NCBI GenBank assembly: GCA_002633005.1 | Contig: NMRA01000328.1 | Span: 439,265-503,264, forward strand | DNA length: 64,000 bases | Source of the DNA: Phoronis australis | Lineage: Eukaryota > Animalia > Phoronida | Reading direction: 5' to 3' | Part shown: in pieces, positions 37,001 through 49,419 of the stretch | Layout: every line of letters starts with the position of its first letter | Numbering within the stretch: position 1 is the stretch's first letter | Notes under the pieces: model-generated | The model's database searches: none | What the model saw: the letters and a program-made list of their open reading frames with translations, nothing else | What the model was told of the DNA's origin: nothing | Program-made: the position numbers and the translations under genes

Positions 37001-39218
37001 NNNNNNNNNNNNNNNNNNNNNNNNNNNNNNNNNNNNNNNNNNNNNNNNNNNNNNNNNNNNNNNNNNNNNNNNNNNNNNNNNNNNNNNNNNNNNNNNNNNN
37101 NNNNNNNNNNNNNNNNNNNNNNNNNNNNNNNNNNNNNNNNNNNNNNNNNNNNNNNNNNNNNNNNNNNNNNNNNNNNNNNNNNNNNNNNNNNNNNNNNNNN
37201 NNNNNNNNNNNNNNNNNNNNNNNNNNNNNNNNNNNNNNNNNNNNNNNNNNNNNNNNNNNNNNNNNNNNNNNNNNNNNNNNNAAAAAAAGCGGAAAGCACA
37301 TTTCAAAAAAGCGGAAACCCGCGTTTCCGCGGAAAATTCCAAGCCCTGATGACTAAAACCATAACATTCATGTGACTAGCGAAGAAATCAAATAGAAATA
37401 ATACAATCAACTACAATAAAGAACAATAGATGGCGCAACATGGCGGTCCAGCCTACAGTAGGACAGTGCTGGCTGGGTCAGTCTGGGTCAACTACGCATA
37501 CCCAAAACAAAGTGAACTGAAAGCCAGCCAACTGGGTCCTTGCATAGGTAACCGAACTGGAACAAAGGTATCCGAAAATCTAGAATAATTCAAAAGTAGA
37601 CGTTGTAGTGCAAAATGGAAAATGTCGTCTGAAAGCCCGTCCACAACTCTACCTACTTTGATAGAGCATACAATTAACAACAATAAAGAACAATAGATGG
37701 CGCAACATGACGGACGAGCCATGCTTTACAGTAGGACAGTGCTGGCTGGGTCAGTCTGGGTCAACTAGGCATAACCAAAACAAAGCCAGCCAGCTGCGTG
37801 CTTGCATAGGTGACCGAATTGGAACAACGGTATCCGTAAATCTCGAATAAAAGTAGACGTCGTAGTGCAAAATGGAAAATATCTTCTGAAAGCCCGTTCA
37901 AAAGTCTATCTAAAGTGGTAGTTTGGCAAAAATCAAAAAAATTTTCGAGAAAATTGAAAATTTGCCGTTTTTTTTGAAATTCAAAGTCAAATAACTCGAA
38001 AACGGTAAGTCTGAGAAATACGCTCTCCCAGACTTTTTGAAAGGCCATACTTCAAGGAATCCACATGCAAAAATTCACGTCATTTACTCTTCCCGTTAAA
38101 AATGCGAAACCAGAGCGATTGAAACCGTGTGAACAAGCGCCACAGCCGCCATCTTGAAAGTGACTTCCGGTTCAATAATTTTTTATAACAGCTTATTAAA
38201 CTCAACAAACACGTGACCAGTTTGAACGTGATTGGTTTGCAAATGCGTCCTCTACAGGAGAAAACGTTTTTAGCCATATTTCGGGGTGCGCATGCGCCAC
38301 GTCCAATATTTCCGCCATCTTTAACCGGAAGTCAACGATTTTCTGCCCAGTTGTAGCACATGCGTTCTAGTATATTCGTACCGATTTTCAGCCATGTAGG
38401 TCAAAAAATGCGGCCTCTACGAGTATTTGACTGTGAAATCGGATACAAAATGGCCGCCACGTCCGCCATTTTGTATCCGATCATGACCAAAAACAAAAGC
38501 CTTCCAGTACTTCCAGATCTACATGTTGTGTGCAAATTTCGTGAAAATCGGACGAAAATTGCGACCTGTAGAGAGCGAACAAACAAAAAAAACTTGCTGT
38601 CAGACCAACATATTTGGCGGAAGAATTCCGCCAAGTAAAAAAACTTAGTAACAGAGCAACATACTTGATCACAACTCTGAACAATTCTCTAGCTGTGGTC
38701 TATCAGCAACAGGCACATTCCAGATTATTAACAATAGAAAGGGATTTAATAGCAATGAAGCAATGAACAGAATCCCATAATTCTTTGTCTATTTCTCTTT
38801 CCTATGTAGACACAAAAAGCGCAAGAGCCACAAGATGTCAGTACGCAGCAATAACGACTTCATGTTGACGTCGGCGAATCAAAACTACCACAAGAGAAGT
38901 CGTGATAACTCACTGGGAAACATACTACCAGAGTTAGAGCCATTAGATATTATGCCCATACACTCAATAACCAACGAGAACATATTTGACATTGACCAAA
39001 AGAAGCAAAGAAATGGCTCTAGAAAAGGCAGTTCCAAGCGTAAAGACAAAGAGAGTTCATTAAAGGTTAAACTCACAGATGATAATGTATTTGATAGTGA
39101 CAGTACTGTAAAACCACTAGACGCTCCCATGAGAAGTTTTAAACCAATAGAGTACAACGAATCAATTAAGAGGTCTAGAAATAAATATTCGCGCTCCACT
39201 AATTTTGAAGAGTTATAG
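30935..39218 (+). CDS. Gene C (~396 aa): signal peptide, mucin-like S/T-rich ectodomain, TM, basic tail; exons 30935-31016, 31874-32491, 35193-35274, 38810-39218
   Basis: 1191 nt in one open frame, phases 1,1,2, all GT-AG; a probable non-coding exon ends at 29602 (gt|gtaagt). Confidence 0.8.
31874..32491 (+). CDS. Gene C mucin exon (206 codons, Cys-free, Thr/Ser-rich)
   Basis: tttttcag|CAG (NAGNAG acceptor) ... CCAA|gtaagt; S/T richness of ORF 31894-32673 stops at the donor. Confidence 0.86.
33281..33537. repeat. 40-bp minisatellite (~6 copies), intronic
   Basis: Tandem tcttattttgtctcagtcctgtacacatacataataatca. Confidence 0.92.
33785..33837. repeat. Near-perfect 26-bp inverted repeat with a 1-nt spacer
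   Basis: ttgatgaaaccaatcccatttttatt-a-aataaaagtgggattggtttcatcaa; one mismatch (G:U in RNA). Confidence 0.9.
34718..34784. repeat. 12-bp tandem repeat (tctagattgata)n
   Basis: About 5 copies; creates the spurious LDINLDIN/SRLISRLI ORFs. Confidence 0.9.
35193..35274 (+). CDS. Gene C transmembrane exon WIQVMIAGIGGGLVLLLIAILICCIY
   Basis: ttattttag|CA...TACAG|gtaagt; phase 1-2; missed by the ORF track. Confidence 0.9.
35909..36476 (+). mobile_element. 5'-truncated Penelope-like retroelement (GIY-YIG endonuclease region), runs into an N gap
   Basis: VVYEFVCP...YIGQT...LSRRLSMH...LKVLESLLIAFEKPILNEQ; closely similar to 57590-58125 on the minus strand. Confidence 0.92.
37350..38640 (+). mobile_element. 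Helentron-associated (HINE/DINE-1-like) non-autonomous repeat with an internal tandem duplication
   Basis: CpG-rich; ~260-bp block repeated twice; ends with an aaca run, hairpin ttggcggaa-gaa-ttccgccaa (38614-38634) and an A tract; second copy at the window start. Confidence 0.62.
38810..39218 (+). CDS. Gene C terminal exon: cytoplasmic tail starting RHKKRKSHK
   Basis: tttcctatgtag|A CAC AAA AAG; phase 2; the basic stop-transfer cluster follows the TM correctly. Confidence 0.85.
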
Positions 39219-39545
39219 TGCACAAACTGTGTTGACATTCTTAAGTGTTATAGTAGGCAAACTACAGTTCACATTCTTAGTGTTATAGTGTGAAACCTGT
39301 GTTCCCATTATTACATGTTAAAGTGCACTAATTGTGTTCACATTCTTAATTGCTATAGTGCAGAAACCGTGTTCATATTCTTAAGTGATAAAGTTCACAA
39401 ATTGTGTTCACGTTCTTAAGTGTTATAGTGCGCAAACTGCATTCACATTCTCAAGTGTTATAGTGCGCAAATTGTATTCATATTCTTAAGTGTTATAGTA
39501 TGCAGATTGTGTTCATATTTTTCAGTGTTATAGTTCACAAACTCT
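39211..39545. repeat. Degenerate 35-bp minisatellite (~9-10 copies) beginning at the gene C stop codon
   Basis: Units like gttatagtgcacaaactgtgttcacattcttaagt at 39212, 39247, 39282, etc. Confidence 0.88.
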
Positions 39546-41295
39546 CATTGGTGCAGGAAACATTTGGGGTTTGGGATCTGTGGAATTTTCAATTTTATTT
39601 CAAAACAAAGTTTGCATGTTAAAACTTTTAATAATCAATTGTTAATGAAGTGTTACTTATAACCTGTGACTTAGATATTGGGGGAGGGCAGAAACTTATC
39701 TTCTTCCCCCGATATGTTGGTTGAGGGGGCGCTTGCCCCCCTTTGCCTACATTCCTTAAAAGTGTTATAGTTTGCATACAGTACTCACATTCTTAAGTAA
39801 TGGAACTTATGTACTTACGTAGTGGAACAGTGGCATTGATCAAGGCTTACACTTACACCAAGATAATGACATGACCAACTCTTGTATGGAACAATACATG
39901 GGATAAACAATAGAAAATGAGACAACATTACCAAACCTCCCATGTGATAAACAATAGATTCACCAACAACATAAATAAAGTCTAGGGTAAATCTAGATCA
40001 ATGCCACTATTGTCCCACAATAAACTAGGGAAGTATCACACCACAAAGGTTCACAGCAGCAAAGTCTCATGGACTGTACTGTGTTGGAATTGTTTCCGGC
40101 AGGATTGGTAAGATCGACTGAAAGACCATGCTTGAATATATGGTTGTATTACGAGTCAGTTCGCCGCCTTACTAGTATGCTCTAGAATGGTAATGGACGT
40201 CACCGAAATGATTGAACTGGAATGGTAGAATGTTGAATTATGAGAAAAAAGCGTACAAGCACAAGCGAGCACCACAAGCATTCTCACAAGTGATTATCAC
40301 TATATGGACTGTACACCCAGCTTGTGGACCATTTTTACGTTGGTGCTAGACTGTTAATTCGCCACAATGACAATCATACGGTGCTAGTCTGTTACTTCAC
40401 CAAAATGACAATCATAACGTTCATGTTCGTTAGCCATGCTACAGGCTTTCTTTTATTTACATTTTACGTTCTTGTTGTTTTAAAATAAAATCAGTGCACA
40501 GTAATTCTTACAAACTTGGCATCACATAAATTCATCTGTCCACAATTGCTACACTGCGGCTGCAGACAAACCTACCATATCCTGCTCTTTCCGATGTGTG
40601 AAAATCGAACATGTAATGCCTCTGTTTCTATGACATTTTAAAATCAGTGAAATATTTAGCTTGAAGTAAGCATACTAACTAAGAACAAACAGTGTTCAGT
40701 GCACACTTGTAGTCTAGCCTTAATATTAATTTCATTTTTTATCTGATACCACTTGTCATATTGTGTTTGATTTTACTTAATTTTTATTTCTGTTGACAAA
40801 GGAGGTTATTATATCCGAAAATTTCAGTGATCCATTTTTGTTGTTTTATTTACGTATATTTTTAGACAGTAATGTTATCTATTCTTTAAACTCATATTTA
40901 TAAAATAAATAAATATGCAATACTGCCAACATTGGAAATTGGAGGATTGACAAAACATGTTTAATCAATTCCGGAGGTGGCTTGAATTTAGTTTTGAATG
41001 AAAGTTAGGGTAGCCACCCATCTAGAAAGTGCACTAAAAATTCACATAATTCTAAAAACCTAACCCTTTTGGGCAGCTGTTTTTTTACTCTATTAAGTCT
41101 TACACAACACAAGAAAGATGCCACATTTTCAAAACTAAATGCATGTTTTGCAATGGAACTTATAAAATGTAGATAATACTGAAAAAAGCCTTGTGTAGAT
41201 TTTTCTGGTAGGAAAAAGAAGCCTTTCTGCAGGTTTTGAATTCTCCTAATGAATCCTTTTGAAGAGAATCAAACACACCTTTTCATAGACAATTT

Positions 41296-41524
41296 TGTAA
41301 GAAACAGGACCCCACTCTCATAGTCGTGACAAGTCACTCATCTGAGGGACATGTTCTGCAGACCACTCCTATAGTAAGAGACAGGACCCCACTCTCATAG
41401 TCGTGACAAGTCACTGATCTGAGGGACATGTTCTGCAGACCACTCCTATAGTAAGAAACAGGACCCCACTCTCATAGTCGTGACAAGTCACTGATCTGAG
41501 GGACATGTTCTGCAGACCACTCCT
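41296..41524. repeat. 77-bp tandem repeat (3 copies)
   Basis: acaggaccccactctcatagtcgtgacaag... at 41304, 41381, 41458. Confidence 0.92.
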
Positions 41525-41564
41525 TTAGAAGTCCCCTAAATGTGACAAAATAGAATGACACATA

Positions 41565-43039
41565 CCGTATTCAGCCTAATTAAAGGCACCCAGAGCGCTA
41601 AGAAACATTCATTTCAAGGGGGTGGGTGCGCTTGTTATAGCCTAAGGTGGTTGAAACCCGGTCTCTGAAACGGGTGAAATCTTAAGCTAGGATTCATCAA
41701 ATTTACGCTCTGTGACGTACCTGTAACCTACGACAGATTTTCTACAAAATTGTGGTGCATAATGCTATCAAACTTCGTTAAACTACAATCATTTTCAGAA
41801 AATTATGCTGAAATCCCAGGGCCAAAACTCGCTGACTGATGCGTCGCTGCATCACGATCGCAAATTCTTGAATAAAAATACAGTTTCATCACAGCAAGTT
41901 ACCTGAAGTCCTATGTTTTCAAACTAGCGTCCCCAAGACGAAGTTCCTGTGGAGTTTGGATTAACTTCAGATTAAGTCCAAATCTGCACTAGATCGTACC
42001 GAGCAATGTGAGAAAAATCTCTGGACGAACACACACGTTGTTGTCACTTGATATTTATTTTGAAGTTCATCTGTGTGTGTGAGTGAGCGACGGCCTGCGT
42101 GTCATCAAAGTTCATTTTCCAGAGTAAACGCAATGTAACGATCTAGGTGTGCATTGTAACTAAAGAAATTAACACCAGCAGTAAAGCAGAACAAGTTTAA
42201 TTTAGTACTTGTAGATCTCATCTGCTGAAAAACGTTTGAGAATTGTCTCAGTATTAAGGCCGATATTAAATGTCATTGAGTCACAAGGTGACTGGATGCG
42301 TGACAGTCTGACAGTTATTTTTCAGGGAGATTCGGGGGGGGGGGTGTAAGGGTGCAAGAAGTGTTCACTATCAGTGGGTCATTTTGACTTTAAAAACACC
42401 ATTTACAATTAATTAAATAATTCCTCCTAAAAATAATGCAAACGTTTTTTACAATACTATAAAATTTCAGAAATTAAGTGCAAAAACTTAATTCTTGCCG
42501 ATGCTATGCTACCCGTTTCATGAATAGATAGTTCCCAAAGACTTCTGTCTTCGATGACAGATATACATGTATGTAGCGCGCTTACTGGCCACGTGCTTTT
42601 AACACCAGTCAAGTTTTTATAAGTCATTGATTCACAGTTTTCACATGTACAAAGAAATTTGGATACTTGTTGAGGGAGAAGATCTGTACGGGAAAGATAC
42701 AAAACAATCCCTTCGACAAGTACACTGCGTCTGTTCTAAAAAGCCAGACCATAATGGGACATTGCTCCTCACAAGATCAGAGACTGCATTCTTTTCAAAG
42801 CACAGCGGAAGTTTGAAGTCACGCTTAAATACCGACATCACAGCAAGGCTCGTGGTCTACGGATTCTGCACACAATGATTTTTTTCAGGACTGCCAAATC
42901 TTATTGATAAATTGAAGATGTTCCTGTAGAATTTTAGAATTGTAGGTAAGGCATTTTTGCATGTACCTGTTCATGGGCTGGGCGCTTATTTCAGCAAAGT
43001 CTGAAAACGCATGGGGGGCACTTATTAGGGCGAATACGG
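41565..43039 (+). mobile_element. Tc2/pogo-like element, family 3, copy 1, carrying a decayed HIRAN-like ORF (~42627-42880)
   Basis: TA|CCGTATTC...GAATACGG termini; homologous to the reverse complement of 58547-60040. Confidence 0.82.
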
Positions 43040-43230
43040 ATTGGGATATAACAAGAGTCTAGTATACACTAATGTCAAATGAAATATCACTATGGTCATT
43101 CATGGTTGGTTCAAGTTAAACCATTTCATTCAGTTATGGGATGACAGCAAATTTAAAAATCTTAGAATTTTTGCAGTTGTATAATTTTGCCTATGTACAA
43201 ATACAATAACCGTAAGGGACAACTTGTCAC

Positions 43231-43657
43231 TATGTCTGTTTTTACACGAGGAAAAGTGCGACTTGCTCCACTTGAGTCACATTTACAGGGCATAAGACAG
43301 CAAGCTGCATCAGCATAACTCATTTACACAAAGACTGTCTTGCATGCTCGCATAAACAATTAGCAAACATCCAAACCTTCAGAGGAATGCAGGAGGATCA
43401 CCAGTATATATACATTGTTGCTCAAGCTTATTGAAAGATGATCCCTTTCCGCCCTGCCCCATTTGTGTTTAAACTGTAATTTACACTAGAGCAACTGATT
43501 GAGTGCAAATCGCTCTACTTCTCAAACCGAAATCAAAAATGGCCGCTGCGTTGTCAACTTGTTCATTGTTCTTAGTCATGTTTACGCACACACTTGGGCC
43601 CAATCAGCTATTCCATGTTCGATGCTCCTTGACAACTGTCTGGTGTAAATGGGGCTT
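43231..43657. mobile_element. MITE with TTTACAC-type termini; uninterrupted relative of 56985-58467
   Basis: tttttacacga ... tgtaaatggggcttaa; segments match the reverse complement of ~57160-57275 and ~58315-58400. Confidence 0.65.
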
Positions 43658-44345
43658 AAAAGGTTTACAGAAGTATAAAAGCATGCAGTTTTATTAATGT
43701 AATTTAGTATATAAATAAATCTTATATGATAAATCACATCTTTTTATTCTTTTGCATTTTTGCAAAAAGTGTTTTTCCAACATTTATTCTTCCTGGCTAA
43801 CGTGCATCTGACGTCACTGAGGCTGCACTGTGGGTGATTAGGCAATGAGATAAATTTTAAAAGGAGTATAGCTCATTGGGTGAAGGCCTCTCACTACATG
43901 ACTGTACTTTACCTGTATAAGTCATCTGTCATCTCTGCTCTCAAAAGTTCATCATACAAGTTAACTACCATTTTTAAAAAATACCATTTGCGAACAAATT
44001 CCAGTAGAACGATGCCGTTTTGTATGGCTCCGTGTAGCCTTGGTGTCAAGCTGTATACTAAATATACACCCGTTGCTCCAATGTAGGTATAAAACTGATC
44101 AAATAAAATCTAACACAAAATTAGTGTCATTAAAACTTCACTTTTCTTTGAGTAAACAAATTTACCAATGTTGGAAAATTTGGCATTATTCTGCTTCTAA
44201 ACTTGTGGTGCACTCTTTTGCGTCGGCCAGTTCTGTTCCCCATCAATCAACTGTTCTTCTTCCACGAGGTTGCGTAGATGTCACAACAAATTATTGGAAC
44301 TGGTTTCATCGCATTACAAATTTTTAGTATTGTAATACCAGCAAA

Positions 44346-45468
44346 CCGATTTTCAAAACAAATTTTATTGCTGCGAATCTGTCAGCCTCCTGAGAGATGT
44401 TGCAAAATTTTAGGAAATACCATGTGCACATGTCATGAGCGTATTGTTTTCAAAATGACGACTGACTATTATTCTTTGTGACAAGGGGTGGAGAATTATG
44501 CATCCCCACTGGTTTATAGCTCTACATGTTGATATAAGAGCTAGGTGACGAACACAACTACCCAGGCTGCGTGAAATTTTGGGGTGTAGCAGAGCTCAAC
44601 ACAAAGTGGTACCTAGCTGCATTTTGACGGTAGTCTTCATACAGCTAGCTGGCTGGCTAGGCCCCGGGATGTACCATCATGGGGAAGAAAAATAAAAGGG
44701 CTGTGAGCATGCACAGGTTGATGCGTTGACTGGAATATGTACTCGCACACTCAATGACCTATATCTGTGCTGTGCAGCCTCAGTGACATCATGAAAAACA
44801 GAGCTCACAATGGGGCTTTAAGAAACTAATAAATTTTTGTTTTTCAAAGTAAAAAAGAAAAATACTGTGCAATATTTAAGAAGATGTGAAAGTCAGAAAC
44901 CAACCTNCCGATTTTCAAAACAAATTTTATTGCTGCGAATCTGTCAGCCTCCTGAGAGATGTTGCAAAATTTTAGGAAATACCATGTGCACATGTCATGA
45001 GCGTATTGTTTTCAAAATGACGACTGACTATTATTCTTTGTGACAAGGGGTGGAGAATTATGCATCCCCACTGGTTTATAGCTCTACATGTTGATATAAG
45101 AGCTAGGTGACGAACACAACTACCCAGGCTGCGTGAAATTTTGGGGTGTAGCAGAGCTCAACACAAAGTGGTACCTAGCTGCATTTTGACGGTAGTCTTC
45201 ATACAGCAAGCTGGCTGGCTAGGCACCGGGATGTACCATCATGGGGAAGAAAAATAAAAGGGCTGTGAGCATGCACAGGTTGATGCGTTGACTGGAATAT
45301 GTACTCGCACACTCAATGACCTATATCTGTGCTGTGCAGCCTCAGTGACATCACGAAAAACAGAGCTCACAATGGGGCTTTAAGAAACTAATAAATTTTT
45401 GTTTTTCAAAGTAAAAAAGAAAAATACTGTGCAATATTTAAGAAGATGTGAAAGTCAGAAACCAACCT
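44346..45468. repeat. 561-bp direct duplication separated by a single N (likely haplotype/assembly artefact)
   Basis: 44346-44906 and 44908-45468 are identical except about 3 SNPs; N at 44907. Confidence 0.9.
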
Positions 45469-48400
45469 TTATGCTTTCAAAAATCATACTAAAATGCTGA
45501 AACATGTAGTTCAGGTCTCTTTAAGTCAGAAACAATCTTGAGCTAAGCTTCCATGTAGCAATTTGACAGGGATAACAAGGTGAGAAAGTTGACAAACCAA
45601 TGTTTACACAGTCCAGCTCTCATTGTCTGCATTCATCACATAAGCTCATGTAATACGAGCAATTATATTGTAAACAGCCTGCCTGACACTAATCATGTTT
45701 AAAAAATACCATTTGCGAACAAATTCCAACAAATGTTGTGAAGATGTTATTTTGTGAAATACTACCACCGAACAAATAAAAATTGTTGACTTTTTGATAA
45801 ATCAAACTAAGCTTTCACCTGCTGATTCATTTGGCTGTAAGCTCTGGCCCCCTTAACCACAGCATTGTGCATGAAGACAATAATCTTGTTGGACAAGTGT
45901 AAGCCCAGTGTAATCAGGGTTACTCTATATCAGATCATTGTAGTGGAAATTTCTTGGTTTCAACAGTCCAGGAGAATGGTACCTAACAATACACATTTTA
46001 ATACCAGTGACAAAAATATCAGAGAGTTAAATAAGAAACAAACATCTGTATGAATACATACTGCCCAACTGTAAAGAGGCTTGCTCATATCACGGGGCAG
46101 ATTTAGGTAGGCATAATGGGAGAAATGAGGACTTGGGCAACCATAGTTTTTGACAACCGGCGTCAGTGCATAAGGAGGGTGTTTTTTAGGGTGTCTATAG
46201 GGAGCCCCCTAAATTCTCGTATGTATCAATAACCGGATTTTAAATTAAGACACTTAATTCAACAACAAAACTGTAGGAAAATTCATCCATCTAAGTTGCA
46301 ATATCACAAACATGGTGACATGTAGGAATCTGAACAATGGGAGAACCCCGAGGAGTCCTGGTAGTTACTAGATATATATTGTATTTATTAGAATTTTGCA
46401 ATGATGGTGCACAGTTTTCAGCACTTAACAACTGTTTTTACTAAACACAAATGTTCACAGTGAAAAGTTGTAAATTGAAACACTGAAGTACCTTGTCCCA
46501 TATCCAATGTCCAAATATCAAATAGTCCTGTGTTGACAATGTTCACTATACTTGCAACCACCAGATGTCAGTCACGACAGTATGACTCACATGAATCAAC
46601 AAGTGGGAGAACAGGAAGTCATTTGTCTACTGGTAGCAGATAATGTTAGTCTTACTGGGACTGAAACTGAAACATACTTACACAGAAAGTAAGCTAAAGG
46701 TAGGTAACTGAAGGCATGAAGTACATATGTTCATGTAAAAAATCATAGATTATAATTGCTCTATTTAGGAAAAGAAGCAGACAACACTGATTGTTAGTGC
46801 AATGTCCCTACCCACAGACAAGTGCTGTCCACTCTAGAAAAAAGTAATACTGAAATAAATTACTCCTAGAATGAGTTATCACTAGGTTAAGTGGTAACGT
46901 GGATGTTATTTGCACTGGGGTAAGTTCGCTCATGTGTGACACCTTGTCCCACCTCATTCAGTAAGGGTAACTTGCCCCAACACATAATAATAAGTGTGGA
47001 CACCTGCTGACAAGGTGAACCTAATTACCACCTGTATGCTTGCTTATCATATCGGGGGGGGGGGGNNNNNNNNGGGTCATTCTTGAGCTTATATTTGACT
47101 GTAGGTGCAGGGTATGTAGTGTTGATGCGCGGCGGAATATGGGGAGGGGGGAGTCACAATGTTTTTGGGAAGCTGTCCTAGGATAACTGATGGCACTTAG
47201 ACTAAACTATAAGCTGTAACATATGATTTGCATTGATCATCTTTTCATATATCACTTTGATTTGACTTATTTTATGTATCAATACATGATTAAATGATTA
47301 CCAAGGAACAAATTGTTATCAAATCACAAGAATAAATGTTTTTACTTAATTTCCAGCAAAGTGAAATGATTGAAATTATTCGATTGAGCAAAGGATATGT
47401 GATATTTTTTGACGCAGGGAGTAATATTACTTTGATCATAGAAAGCTCGGCTACAAAATAACTGCACACCTGATATCACACCATTTGGACGTACTTTAAC
47501 TCATTCTAGTATTCCCTGCATGTGTAACCTTTGGCAATGTGGAAGACACACTGGTCACAGTTCTACCATGTTCACCTGACAACAAACCTGATTTCATCCA
47601 AATAAGTAATGTTCACAATACCTATAGGAGCAATCTTTCCAAAGGATATTTTTAAAAAATTTCAATAATGTAAATCCTCATTGATTTCTCATAAGCAGAC
47701 ATTGCAGGCTCAAGAGTAATAACATTCAGGCTTGTGTTATGACTGCCTAACCACTGATGACCTCCATACTGCTGTCCAGGACTTTGTGTATTTGACCAGT
47801 TTATTATGTAACAGTCTAGTACCCTGCTATTCAAAAGCATTCTGCAACCACAACACACACATTTATGTGTTCCAGTGTTTGCCTTCAACACCTCTTTGGA
47901 TCTACTAACAAAAGAAGAGGGACCTGTCCTCCCAAAACTACCAAATTAGAAGAATTCTATTTTAGTTTTATAATTCACTGCTATAGCTCCTTACCACATA
48001 CTGTAAAAATACGAAAAACACTTAAAAAGCTACTTCTGGAATCATGTGAAATCGGGGACTAAAAAGTGACGATCTCAAGTGAAAGTTTCTTATAATAATT
48101 TGTGTATTTTCAGGCTAATTTTTACTTGGGAATTTTTTGGCATTAGAAGAGAAACTGGCATGTATTTTCAAAAATGGTGCATTTTCACATTCTTGATGTT
48201 CTGGATTACGTGTCCCCCAATGAAATAGTTTGATATGAAAGTATTTTATACATTTGGGACACATTTTGTATTAAGTAGCTAAGTAAGTTCATCATTTGCA
48301 TTTATGCAGTCACTGTAAAAGGAAATTTCCTTTTATAAAAAAGGAATTACCTAGAAACAAAACATTCAAGAGAACATTACCTTACTGAAAGTTCAGAAAT

Positions 48401-49358
48401 TACTTTTTTGCTTGGTCTTTGAAAACCAAAGTTTGTACATAAGTTTAGGCTCGTTATATATATGACACTACATGCCATAATGCAGAAGCATTAACTAGTT
48501 TTTGTTCTCAATTAGCAATAGATTTTTGAATGATTCATAATCGCATTCATTTTCAATTATCAGTTGGTGGCTGACCATGACTTCCTTTTCAAGTGACATA
48601 ACCAACATTCAGCAGTTTCACCAATCAGTAAATAACAACATAATTGTCGTCTTGGTGAAGACACTCTGTGTCCAATGTGTCTAGGTTGATATTTTGGTAC
48701 TTTTCTATGAACAGGTTTTAAATTACTGTACATCATGACCTCAGCCTGTGACAGACAAGTAATTAAATTACAATAAATTAAGTACATAGAAAAACGTCAT
48801 AAGCACAAGTATACATGAATTTAGACGGTCAGTTTGAGTTGTAGATTTTAGAGGTAAAGGTTCTGAAGCTTGATATGATACTTACAAAGTTCATTTGTTG
48901 AATTTCACACCACCAAAAACCAGCACGACACGGGGCTTACAATGCCTGAGGATGCTATAATTTAAGCTGCCGAATTTGCACAATCTTTTTCACCACCTTA
49001 TGAAATTGGAACTGATAAAAACCATTCTGGCGGTAGTTTTCCGATGTACAAAAAGTAATTGTAAATATTTTAAGATACCCTTTGATGGCTTCTTTTCCAG
49101 GATTGCTCAGTGTAAAATTGACAAACTTGTGAAGCATTATTGCAGTTACTGTGTTAACATTTAAATCTCTAAAATTACTAATATAGAGTGTCGGGTTGAT
49201 GAACAAGGTGACATGCACCTGAGAATTCTAGCTCAGCAGTGCACTAGTCTTATGTGACATATGGTCTTGATAAACAAGCAGATTGTTTGTTTACCTTACA
49301 GGTCAAACAGACAAACCACAGTGTACTGGTTGTGCAGGCCTAGACTAAGTGGATCAGA

Positions 49359-49419
49359 ATGAAGACTGCACAAACTCTTGTTACCTTGGTAACAATTCTG
49401 AGTTTAGTGTTAAGTACAG
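49359..49419 (+). CDS. Gene D signal-peptide exon MKTAQTLVTLVTILSLVLST
   Basis: Typical n-/h-region; donor ACAG|gttagt; upstream acceptor ccttacag| implies a non-coding first exon. Confidence 0.85.

Noticed and set aside
36376-37375. 286-483 aa ORFs across the second gap
   Set aside because: Artefacts of the ~800-N gap; only 35924-36476 is real (Penelope).
37492-38684. Cluster of overlapping ORFs as a hidden gene
   Set aside because: They lie within a CpG-rich non-coding repeat that recurs at the window start; no domain signal.
25678-41524. 40-, 41- and 77-bp repeat arrays as CRISPR-like arrays
   Set aside because: Head-to-tail units without unique spacers, no cas genes, and a eukaryotic context: these are minisatellites.
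44346-45468. Recent biological tandem duplication with twin ORFs
   Set aside because: Near-identical copies joined by a single N indicate unmerged allelic contig ends.
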